Shown here: positions 18,816 to 27,244 of the stretch, in pieces
How positions within the stretch are numbered: position 1 is the stretch's first letter
How the letters are laid out: each line of letters begins with the position of its first letter
Source: a virus
Taxonomy: Duplodnaviria > Caudoviricetes
IMG/VR virus record: IMGVR_UViG_3300037470_000663
Coordinates: 1-56,870 of that record
DNA length: 56,870 nt
Reading direction: 5' to 3' (one strand)
Notes under the pieces: generated by a model
Seen by the model: the letters and a program-made list of their open reading frames with translations, nothing else
Database searches by the model: none
What the model was told of the DNA's origin: nothing
Made by a program: the position numbers and the translations under genes

Positions 18816-19111
18816 CTGTCACCCCCTGCGGTGGCTGAGCTTGCCGAAGCCAGCTGCTCGAAGCGGGCGCGGGCCTGGTTGGGCACCGTCACCGCGTAGC
18901 TCTGCTTGCCAGGAAACAAAAACCGGTACTCGCCGGGGATGAGGTTGGCAATGAAGATGCCGTCAGCGGCCGTTTCAACGACCACCATTTCGCCCGACTG
19001 CACGGCCGCCGCCGTCACCTGCCCGCCCGACGGCCGTATCTCAATGCGCGCCCCACCGATGGGACGGCCGTTGGCGTTGGTGTATTTGCCTAAAATTCTG
19101 CATCGCATCAT
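18812..19111 (-). CDS. Small beta-sandwich (carboxypeptidase-regulatory-like) protein
   Basis: G.PI.GA.I.I...TAADG.F...L.PG.Y. Confidence 0.6.
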   Translation of the reverse strand: MMRCRILGKYTNANGRPIGGARIEIRPSGGQVTAAAVQSGEMVVVETAADGIFIANLIPGEYRFLFPGKQSYAVTVPNQARARFEQLASASSATAGGDR

Positions 19112-19120
19112 GTCACCTCG

Positions 19121-19414
19121 CTAAGCGGCCGCCAGGTACGGCCCGATCTCTCTGGTTGGCAGTGTGCCCACGGCCACGATTGGCCCCACAATCGGCGCGT
19201 CGAGCGTGGCAGCGGCCAGGATTGGTCCAATTTCCGGCCCAGTCAAAACACCCGCGCTCAGCGCTGGAGCTACCTCCGGCAGGGCAGTCACCATACCGGC
19301 TGCCAGCAGCACGTCGCGCTGGAGCTGGGCTGCCGCCGCTGTGGCCGTCTTGGCCGTAAATGACTGCGTTTGCCCTGGAATACCCAGGATGGTGTACGTC
19401 GTTTTTTGTGCCAT
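19121..19414 (-). CDS. Hypothetical protein
   Basis: TAATG coupling to the upstream gene. Confidence 0.55.
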   Translation of the reverse strand: MAQKTTYTILGIPGQTQSFTAKTATAAAAQLQRDVLLAAGMVTALPEVAPALSAGVLTGPEIGPILAAATLDAPIVGPIVAVGTLPTREIGPYLAAA

Positions 19415-20445
19415 TAAACAATCACAAACCTATCGCCATTGCTCGGCGCTTCAGTAAGCGCCGTCATGGTGATGAGCTTCGTTGCGCCGGTGTAGTCGGT
19501 GATGTCCGTCGCCTGGCCCGCCAGAACACCGGTAAGGAAGACGACTATACGGCCGTTAAAATGATCGTCGGTACTCTCCGTCAGGTTGGTAGTCATCTGC
19601 GTGGTACTTAGCGTGCCCGTGGCCGCCTGGCCATTGAACACGCCCTGGAACGATTCGCCGAATGTGCCGGCCGTGGCGTGCCCGCTGCGGGCCTCGTCCC
19701 AAACGGCGTCGGCAACGACGGTGGCCGTTGGGTCATTGAGCGCGGCAATCAGGCCGGGTATGCCGTCAGTTTGCAATTCGTTGGTATCGGCCACAATCGC
19801 CGCCAGTTGGGTGCTGTTGCTGTCCATCTCGGCCCGGTTCTCTGCGGCCGTGGGCAGCGCGTCCAGCTGCGTATCTAAATCGGCGCTGGCCAGTCCCACG
19901 GCCGTGCGCACCCCGGCCGCGTCTAATGTGCTGAGGCCGCTTTGAATTTCGCTTACCGCGTCGGCCGCCAGTTCGCTGGCTCCGATGGCGTCAGTCGCTA
20001 TCTTTGCCGCTGTAATTGCATCACTGGCAATCTTGGCAGCGGTGATGGCGTTGTCGGCCAGGGCCGTGGCGGTGATGAGTCCGGCCGTGATTTCGGCCGC
20101 ATGCACCTGGAGCAGGTCCGCGCCAAACAGTGAATCCCAGACGTTAGCCGGCACGACCATAAAATCTTGCCAAACCGGCAGCGCGCCGCTTTCGCTGATT
20201 AGCACCCGCAGTGTGCCCAGGGTGGCCGTGTCCGTGGTATCCAGTGGCACGTCGTAATAGCCCAGTTCGTCATGAGTAGCCCCGGCCGCGTTGTTGCTCT
20301 GGGCAATGTTGCCGCCGTTTTTGGATAGGCGAATGTCAGCCTGGCTGATGGTTAGGCCAGTTTCGGCCGTTGCCCCGTCTGTGGAATCGAGAAACGGCCC
20401 CATTTTCACGGTGGTTGCCGTTGATTGTTTTAGCCATAGCGTCAT
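19414..20445 (-). CDS. Putative virion/tail fibre-like protein
   Basis: Ala/Thr-rich with AITAAKIA repeats; ADAVWDE motif. Confidence 0.65.
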   Translation of the reverse strand: MTLWLKQSTATTVKMGPFLDSTDGATAETGLTISQADIRLSKNGGNIAQSNNAAGATHDELGYYDVPLDTTDTATLGTLRVLISESGALPVWQDFMVVPANVWDSLFGADLLQVHAAEITAGLITATALADNAITAAKIASDAITAAKIATDAIGASELAADAVSEIQSGLSTLDAAGVRTAVGLASADLDTQLDALPTAAENRAEMDSNSTQLAAIVADTNELQTDGIPGLIAALNDPTATVVADAVWDEARSGHATAGTFGESFQGVFNGQAATGTLSTTQMTTNLTESTDDHFNGRIVVFLTGVLAGQATDITDYTGATKLITMTALTEAPSNGDRFVIV

Positions 20446-20446
20446 A

Positions 20447-21010
20447 TCAGTTGCTCCTCATGTGCACCTGGTGCATCGTGCGCGGTGGTTGCCCGCCACC
20501 ACCGCCGCCCTCGGTGTAATCCACCGTAATCGTTACGTGATCCACTTGCGCATCCCGAGTACCAGAGGCCGTAGCGCTGGCACCGATGACCACGCCGAAA
20601 TTGCTGGCGTTGATGTCCGCCACCGACCATGTTTCCGACCACAAATCGGCCACGCCGCCATAATTAAGGCTGGCTTCGGTGGTAGGCCAGGCCGCGCCAT
20701 CGGCCTTGTTTTCGCTGCCAATCACACCGCCCTTAACGATCTTCACCTCGTTTGTGTTTACCCGGCTGGCCTGCGTTGCCGACCGCTCCAGCGCGACGGT
20801 GATGCCGTCGATGGTGGCTCCGCCAGGGATAGAAAAGCCAAAATTGGTAACTAATAAATATTCCGAGGTGGTATTGGCAGCTCCCAGTCCTGCGGCCACC
20901 GCCCGGCTATCATCAGACGCGGCGGCATTGCCTGGATCGGTCCAGACCTGTGTGCCAATGGTCGCATCAGAGACGATTGTCCCTGGTGAATTGGGGCCAG
21001 CTGTGGTCAT
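20447..21010 (-). CDS. Putative virion protein
   Basis: NFGFSIPGGATIDGI.V...YGG..DLW beta-sandwich-like sequence. Confidence 0.6.
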   Translation of the reverse strand: MTTAGPNSPGTIVSDATIGTQVWTDPGNAAASDDSRAVAAGLGAANTTSEYLLVTNFGFSIPGGATIDGITVALERSATQASRVNTNEVKIVKGGVIGSENKADGAAWPTTEASLNYGGVADLWSETWSVADINASNFGVVIGASATASGTRDAQVDHVTITVDYTEGGGGGGQPPRTMHQVHMRSN

Positions 21011-22132
21011 CTAATCGGCCTCCTCGCAAATCACAAATTGGTCGTCAATGATCAACGTCCCGGCGCATTGCAGTTCGTAAGCGCCAGGGGAGAGGATGAG
21101 GGGAAGATAGACGGCCGTTGGCGTAAGCGTTGGCGTCTCGGTCGGGGTAGGCGTCGCCGTCGGTGTTTGCGTTGGCGTGGCCGTAGATGTAGCTGTGGGT
21201 GTTTCCGTGGCCGTTGCTGTTGGGGTAGATGTGGGCGGTGGTGCATCCAAATACCACGACGCGGTGTAGCTCCAGGTACTCAGCGCATCGTGCCATATTT
21301 GACCGCTCTCCTGCTGCCCCGCGCCAGCCAGGTGCAGGCCGTCTGCGGCGTAATATTCGGGGTGTGATGCCCAGCTGGGTATCCACTCATCAGCCAGCCA
21401 GGCGATGTGTGTACCGCAATTTGCGGTACAGTCGATGCGATTCTCGATCAGCCATTTCCACGAAAAGCCCTCTTCGTATGCCCACGGCTCGGGGTGTTTC
21501 GATGTGGACGACAAAGCATAATGCCGATTCGTCACCAGAATAAGCTGGGTGTTGGGGTACTTATCAGCGATGGTGCCCATCGTGCCAGTGATGGAATTTA
21601 GCATGTTAGTGGCGTGGTCTGGAAACGGTAGTGAGGACGGCCCGCTCCAGGCGTTGCCGTAAATGACAACATCTACTTCAGCCTCGGTCTTGCCAACGGA
21701 CGCCAGTGCCTGCGTCCCTCGGTCCCAGACAGCATTTTCCGGATCCGCCCAACGCTGCTGATTGGAGCCAATGGCACCGTTGACCACAATCATATTTGGA
21801 TTCATGCCCGGTCCGCTGGCATAAGGCATCCATCCAGACATAGCATTCTGCATCATGCTCATGCCCAGACCCAGCACGACAAGCTCCTCATCCACCGACA
21901 GGCTGATCGCCAGCTGATCAAGCTCTGATTTGTAAGCAGTAGGCGGCTCATTCAGTCCGCCCGGATATAGCCCGCCTTGCTGACCCAGATAGGTGTCAGC
22001 ACCTAAATCAGCGAGAGGGATCGGCGTGGTGTAGTCTACGGCCGTGACCGGTTCACCCACCAGCAGCAGGGCCACACCCAGCAAAACAAGGATGGCGAGA
22101 AACGGCCGTTTACTTTTCATCGACCTGCCCAT
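21011..22132 (-). CDS. Secreted SGNH/GDSL-like hydrolase with PT linker and YLPLI motif
   Basis: Signal peptide; GLGMS, NGAIGS, GN and DGLH blocks; TPTAT repeats; VYLPLIL. Confidence 0.65.
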   Translation of the reverse strand: MGRSMKSKRPFLAILVLLGVALLLVGEPVTAVDYTTPIPLADLGADTYLGQQGGLYPGGLNEPPTAYKSELDQLAISLSVDEELVVLGLGMSMMQNAMSGWMPYASGPGMNPNMIVVNGAIGSNQQRWADPENAVWDRGTQALASVGKTEAEVDVVIYGNAWSGPSSLPFPDHATNMLNSITGTMGTIADKYPNTQLILVTNRHYALSSTSKHPEPWAYEEGFSWKWLIENRIDCTANCGTHIAWLADEWIPSWASHPEYYAADGLHLAGAGQQESGQIWHDALSTWSYTASWYLDAPPPTSTPTATATETPTATSTATPTQTPTATPTPTETPTLTPTAVYLPLILSPGAYELQCAGTLIIDDQFVICEEAD

Positions 22133-22331
22133 TCGCTGGTAACTGCGCTCTGACTTCCTGATAGCCGTTCAGCCAGATTTGCAGCGCCTCAGGTGTGCCC
22201 TGCGGCGTGAAACGACCGGCAGCGGCCGTGGCCACGCACACCTGCAAGAAGGCCAGGCCGACGGGGGTCAGTTCTATGGTTACTGTGTTTTGTTTCGGTG
22301 CTTGCTTGTTCGGTTTTTCTTCTTTTGCCAC
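22110..22331 (-). CDS. Hypothetical protein
   Basis: AGGAG RBS; operon position. Confidence 0.6.
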   Translation of the reverse strand: MAKEEKPNKQAPKQNTVTIELTPVGLAFLQVCVATAAAGRFTPQGTPEALQIWLNGYQEVRAQLPANGQVDEK

Positions 22332-22339
22332 GATGTCTC

Positions 22340-24664
22340 CTAGTTGTTCAGGCTGGCTTCAACGGCCGTCAGCCTGTCGAGTATTTTGCTGATATGAACG
22401 GCCTGGACTTCATCCGTTTCCATCAAGCGATTGAGTAAATCGCCAATCGGGAAATTACCCGCTGCTTCCCACTCGGCCTCAGAGTGGAACGCTGGCAGGT
22501 GCCCGTCACGCTGCCACTTCGCTGCGTACTGCACCGGGTCCAGCTCCTCCTCCATGTTGGCCGCAAAACGTCGGGCCGGTCCGTGAATGCGCTCCTCAAT
22601 ACCCTCTGGTTCGATCTCTTCCTCGTATTCCGGCTCAATAATTTCCACCCGGTCGGGCAGGCGTTCTCTGGTTTTGGGATTGATGCCACCTTTTACGGTT
22701 TTTGTTTTGGCGGGGACGGTGCGCATTTTGGCGGGGATGGTGCGGTTGGGTACCTTGGCGTCGAGGGCGGGCATGTTGATTGCGCCGGTAACGGCCGCTT
22801 CCAGGACGTAGGGGGTCAGCAGGGTGCCGTCGTCGTAAACCCCTTGGGCATTGAGAGTACCTGTGCCCTTGTAGCCGTCGGTTGGCGCTCCCACCTGAAC
22901 AGCTCCATCGCTGCGCCTAATCCTCACGACGCTGGCAAGGAACGTCCCTGAATCATCGTAACTATTTATATTAAATGTAGACCCAGCATTTGAGCCGCTT
23001 TCCGCCTCGCTATTCGCGCCAACCACCCAACGCAAGCTTCCACCCGAAAGGATTTGAACGTTCCTAACGCTACCGGCCGCGCCGTTCATATTGATTCTGA
23101 TGGCCCCGCTGCCATCACCGAGCACCGCTACCGTCCCGCTTGCCTCCACCAACAAATCACCCGCCACATGCAGCGCGGCCGTGGGTGTCAACTCATTAAT
23201 CCCCACCTTGTCCTCAACGACGTTCAGCACAAAAGCATCATTCCCGTCTTTCTGGGTGAGCACGCGAAACGCAGTGTCCTGCAACCCCGTGGCCACATTG
23301 GTCATCTGGAAATACAAATCGACACACTGAGAGGCATTACCCGCTGCATTGATGCCAAAAGCCCGAATCATCCCGGCCACGTCGCCATTGGCCGGGGTAC
23401 CGCCCACCAGCGACGGTTTGTTCTGGAGGTAAATCGTTCCCCCGGTTACATCCTCATCTCCCTGACCTTCCACTTTCAGGACGCCATCATAAACGTGTAG
23501 TTTCTCGGCCGCACCGTCGATCCCAATCCCCACGGCCGTAGTCCCACCGCCGCTGCCCTCGGCCGTCATCACAATCTCACTGCCCATCGCAAAACGGCCG
23601 CCCTGTGTGCCCAGCCCCAGGCTCAAGAATGATTGATTAGCCGTATTCTCACCCCACTGTAAATCGGCCGTGCCGCCGCCGTTCAGTGTGGTGCGCAGGA
23701 TGTACGTGTTTTTGGTGCCCTGGTCGTAGAAGAAAAGGTCATCATTTGAATTGGTCGAGACGGTGAATAGATAGCCAGAAGCGGCCGTGTTCAAAAAGCC
23801 GAAAACCTTCTGGTTATTGAGCTGAATGGAATCGGTAGCCCGCAGGCTGAAGCCCCGTACCTGGCTGTCGGAGAAGATATTACCCACCACGTCCAAAGAC
23901 TCGGCAGGGGTCAGCTTGTTGATGCCGACCTTGTCTTCCACAAGGTTCATAAGAAACACGTCGGCACCCGCTAACTGAGTCAGGAATCTAAGTGCGCTGG
24001 ATTGCGCTCCATCAGCTACGTCAGTCATCTGGAAATAAATATCGGCACACTGGGCCGCATCGCCCACAGCATTCAGGCCCATAGCGCGAACCATGCCCGC
24101 AACGTCATCGTTGACACCTAGCCCCGAAAGACTGGTATTCTGCAAAATGATCGTGCCGCCCGTATCAGGGTGCGTGGCATCACCATCCCCCTCAACTTTC
24201 AGACCCCCGCCATAAACATGGAACAAGTCAGCCGGACCGGCAATGCCAACCCCTACCCAGGCATCCATCAGGCTAATAAAGTCGTTGGCCTGATCATCAA
24301 AAACAATACGCCCGGCAGCCGCACCAAGCCCAATCCACGTGTCATCCGCCATTGTGATGGCATTGGCTCCAGCTGCTGCGCCGATCCCCAAACCGCGTAT
24401 TTGCAAACGGCCGTTCGAGTCTGTCTTCAGCAGCACAGAGGTAGCCGAACTCACCGCCGCGCTGGGCGTCAGAATCCCCAGCGTGTCAGTCGCCGACAGC
24501 CCGATCACGTCCAGAGCCGCGCCGGTGACGGTGTGGTCGCTGCCCACAATGCCGTGCACCTGGTCATGAGCGGCCACGCCACCGGCCGCCAGAAACGGCC
24601 GCAACCGCCGCGCATCCAAAGCAATATCTTTACCACTGGTACGGCCGTACGTGCCTCTACTCAT
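22340..24664 (-). CDS. Tail fibre/spike with internal duplication and chaperone-like C-terminus
   Basis: VGI...P...LHV.G repeats; two related 119-aa modules; GHLP...coiled-coil end. Confidence 0.8.
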   Translation of the reverse strand: MSRGTYGRTSGKDIALDARRLRPFLAAGGVAAHDQVHGIVGSDHTVTGAALDVIGLSATDTLGILTPSAAVSSATSVLLKTDSNGRLQIRGLGIGAAAGANAITMADDTWIGLGAAAGRIVFDDQANDFISLMDAWVGVGIAGPADLFHVYGGGLKVEGDGDATHPDTGGTIILQNTSLSGLGVNDDVAGMVRAMGLNAVGDAAQCADIYFQMTDVADGAQSSALRFLTQLAGADVFLMNLVEDKVGINKLTPAESLDVVGNIFSDSQVRGFSLRATDSIQLNNQKVFGFLNTAASGYLFTVSTNSNDDLFFYDQGTKNTYILRTTLNGGGTADLQWGENTANQSFLSLGLGTQGGRFAMGSEIVMTAEGSGGGTTAVGIGIDGAAEKLHVYDGVLKVEGQGDEDVTGGTIYLQNKPSLVGGTPANGDVAGMIRAFGINAAGNASQCVDLYFQMTNVATGLQDTAFRVLTQKDGNDAFVLNVVEDKVGINELTPTAALHVAGDLLVEASGTVAVLGDGSGAIRINMNGAAGSVRNVQILSGGSLRWVVGANSEAESGSNAGSTFNINSYDDSGTFLASVVRIRRSDGAVQVGAPTDGYKGTGTLNAQGVYDDGTLLTPYVLEAAVTGAINMPALDAKVPNRTIPAKMRTVPAKTKTVKGGINPKTRERLPDRVEIIEPEYEEEIEPEGIEERIHGPARRFAANMEEELDPVQYAAKWQRDGHLPAFHSEAEWEAAGNFPIGDLLNRLMETDEVQAVHISKILDRLTAVEASLNN

Positions 24665-25809
24665 GAGCCAACCCCGGCAGCAGCCGCTTCCTCGGCCGCC
24701 TGCTCCAGCCAGCGTTTATTACGTTCCACGGCCCGCTCGATGTCCGAGGGGTCGAAGCCGTCAGGGATCAGGCTGGCCTCATCCTGCCCATCGGCCATCT
24801 GGATTTCAGCCACCCACTCGTCACGGCCGTCGGTCAAAAAACTGCCCGGCACTGGCTTGCTTGACGGCCGGGTCAAGTCACGCACCACGCCCGGCCGCAG
24901 GCCCCAGGCCGAGCCGCCGCCCAGCCGGGTGGTCAGGCCACCGCCGGACTTGCCGCGCCACTCATACAGCGGCGTGGCATCGGCCTGGTGATAGTGGCAG
25001 TAGCCGTCGGCATCGACGTAAATCACAAACGGGATGGCGCCATCGCCCAAGTCGGTCAAATCCACCAGCGCATCCCAGGCGCGAATGGGCCCGTCGAAGC
25101 CCTGCACCACTTGCAGCGTGTTTTCCTGAATCCGGCCGACCTTCAAAAAGTCGCAATCAGTCTCAATGATTTCCTGAATGTAGGCGCTGACGTTGCCGTC
25201 GGTGCCATCCCCGGCCGTGACATAGCGATTGTTGGCGGTGAATGCCAGCCCTGCGGCCGTGACGTTCAGGCCGTCGCGGATGTGCCCGCCCAGACCAATC
25301 GTCTCGGCCGGAGGGTAGGCGGATTTGACCAGCTCGTCTTGCGCTTTGGCTTCAGCCACGGCCGTGGCCACATTGTCCAGGGGGATGATCAGCTCCCGAC
25401 GGCCGTATTGGGCAATGCTGGCGTCGTTGGTATACCAGCTGGTGTTCTGCTCGTTGCCGTCGGTGTCAATGTAGAGCACTTTGGTGGCGTTGAAAATACG
25501 GCCGTAGTCGCGCCGCGCTTTACGGCCGTCCTGGGCAAATTCCATCTCCCAGATAATCCCGGCGTAGGTAATCGCCCCGCCCAGCCGGTCTTGAAAGCCG
25601 AAGCCCAGCCGGTTCTCAAACCACTGCGTCAGGTAGGAGAGGGGGGTTTGCTGGCTGGGGGCCATCTCAAAACCAGCGTCCCAGAAACCGGCAATGCGCC
25701 GGATGTTGCGGTGGTAGCGGCGCGCGCCCTGGTTGAGCTGGTCGATGTCGACGACGGCCGTGCCTTGCAGCGGCGGGATGAGGCAGTACAGCGTCACGTC
25801 TCTACTCAT
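24661..25809 (-). CDS. Tail tip/hub (Tal-like) protein
   Basis: SIAQYGRRE motif; second gene after the tape measure. Confidence 0.65.
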   Translation of the reverse strand: MSRDVTLYCLIPPLQGTAVVDIDQLNQGARRYHRNIRRIAGFWDAGFEMAPSQQTPLSYLTQWFENRLGFGFQDRLGGAITYAGIIWEMEFAQDGRKARRDYGRIFNATKVLYIDTDGNEQNTSWYTNDASIAQYGRRELIIPLDNVATAVAEAKAQDELVKSAYPPAETIGLGGHIRDGLNVTAAGLAFTANNRYVTAGDGTDGNVSAYIQEIIETDCDFLKVGRIQENTLQVVQGFDGPIRAWDALVDLTDLGDGAIPFVIYVDADGYCHYHQADATPLYEWRGKSGGGLTTRLGGGSAWGLRPGVVRDLTRPSSKPVPGSFLTDGRDEWVAEIQMADGQDEASLIPDGFDPSDIERAVERNKRWLEQAAEEAAAAGVGS

Positions 25810-25819
25810 CGAGCCCCCA

Positions 25820-27244
25820 TTAGGTACGGTAGCTTTGCCATCTGCGCTTCACCTCAATTTCCAAATCGACGCTCTCAGCAGCATCCTGGGTTCCATCGCT
25901 GCGCTCGGCCGCCAGCACCAACACGCCACCGTTACCGAGCGCGATCCGATTGCGAGGGTAGGCCCAGTTACGGCCGCCCAGCTCACCGTAGCCATACGCC
26001 TGCCCCTCTTTGGTAGTACCCGATTCGCCAGTCGGTGCGCCGGCCACATAGCCGTCCACGCCGTTGTCGGGATGGGTCATAATCCACGCCTCGGTGTCCG
26101 GCGATCCGCTCTTGCCGAATGTTGCACCATCCCAGGTGATGTAATGGTCAGAGGGGATAAGAATTATTGAATCGGCACCCAAAACGGCCGTACCCGAAGC
26201 CCGCCCCGTTTCCAGGTTGAGCCGAAACGTTTGCAGGTCCAGGGCGCTGTGGCCCCGGCTGCCCGGTATCTCCACCTCGCCTAATTCGATCAGTTTCCAG
26301 GCGGCATTTGTCAAGTACTGCGTCGCACCCAGAGCAACGGGCGCGCTGTAGGTGGGTGAGGTAAATGAAGTGCTGATCCGCGCCAGGCAAACGCCGCTGC
26401 CGCTGGTGATTTTGCAGCGCAGCAGAACCAGGTAGCGGCCGACGAAGGCGCCGACGCTGCTGGACAAGCTGTAACTAAATTTGAAGGCCAAATCGGTACC
26501 ACCCGAAAAGTCATCGCTCATATGCTGGCCGTCAACCGTGTTGGATTCGCTTGTGGAATTGCTAACTCCCGTCACGCCCAGGCTATGTTGCGTCTTCAGA
26601 TCGAGTGTTGGATTAAAAAAGAAACTGGTACCCGAGGCACCGATACCGGCTCGCAGCGGCCGGATCCCAACCCACATTTTAGCCAGATTGCTGGACGCAC
26701 TGCGCGGCGTCACCTTCAATACTCGGATACGGCCGTCGGTATCACCACCAATTATCGTACCGGACAAGTCCCACATGCCGCCAACGGTGCTGATATTGTT
26801 CCGGGTGGCCTGCTGCGGCTCACGTTCTTCGTAAGCTGCAGCACGGGTAAACGTAAATAGATACCGACCGGCCCCGCTCTCCAGGTGAATGTCATCCACA
26901 TCATGATCTATTGGTTCCAGGGCGTAGCTGAACACCAGCGCCCGCTTCAGGCCCTCGCCAGTTGTTTGCCAGCGATACCACAGAGAGTAGGGATTGGTGT
27001 TGTCGGCCGCATACTCGACGGCCATATTGAGAAAATCTCGCAGCTGGTTAACGGCCGTGCGAATGTCAGCAGCATCATCTGCTTTGAATAGTGTGCAGGT
27101 AGCAACAATCCGGTCGCCATGCGGTGTCTCGCGCCAGCTACCCATCCCCACGCCCAGTGCGTCGGCCAATAGATCGTAGTAATTGTCAGCCTCAACCGAC
27201 TCACCGTGATCAATGCTCAGCTCAAACCGATAAACGTCAGGCAC
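25820..27244 (-). CDS. Distal tail (Dit-like) protein
   Basis: Directly follows the tape measure; beta-rich. Confidence 0.6.
   Translation of the reverse strand: MPDVYRFELSIDHGESVEADNYYDLLADALGVGMGSWRETPHGDRIVATCTLFKADDAADIRTAVNQLRDFLNMAVEYAADNTNPYSLWYRWQTTGEGLKRALVFSYALEPIDHDVDDIHLESGAGRYLFTFTRAAAYEEREPQQATRNNISTVGGMWDLSGTIIGGDTDGRIRVLKVTPRSASSNLAKMWVGIRPLRAGIGASGTSFFFNPTLDLKTQHSLGVTGVSNSTSESNTVDGQHMSDDFSGGTDLAFKFSYSLSSSVGAFVGRYLVLLRCKITSGSGVCLARISTSFTSPTYSAPVALGATQYLTNAAWKLIELGEVEIPGSRGHSALDLQTFRLNLETGRASGTAVLGADSIILIPSDHYITWDGATFGKSGSPDTEAWIMTHPDNGVDGYVAGAPTGESGTTKEGQAYGYGELGGRNWAYPRNRIALGNGGVLVLAAERSDGTQDAAESVDLEIEVKRRWQSYRT

Noticed and set aside
21113-21243. Short-period repeats in the SGNH-like gene
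   Set aside because: Explained by an ordinary Pro/Thr linker.
22340-24664. Diversity-generating retroelement target/template in the tail fibre duplication
   Set aside because: No reverse transcriptase found; the two copies differ broadly, not only at adenines.
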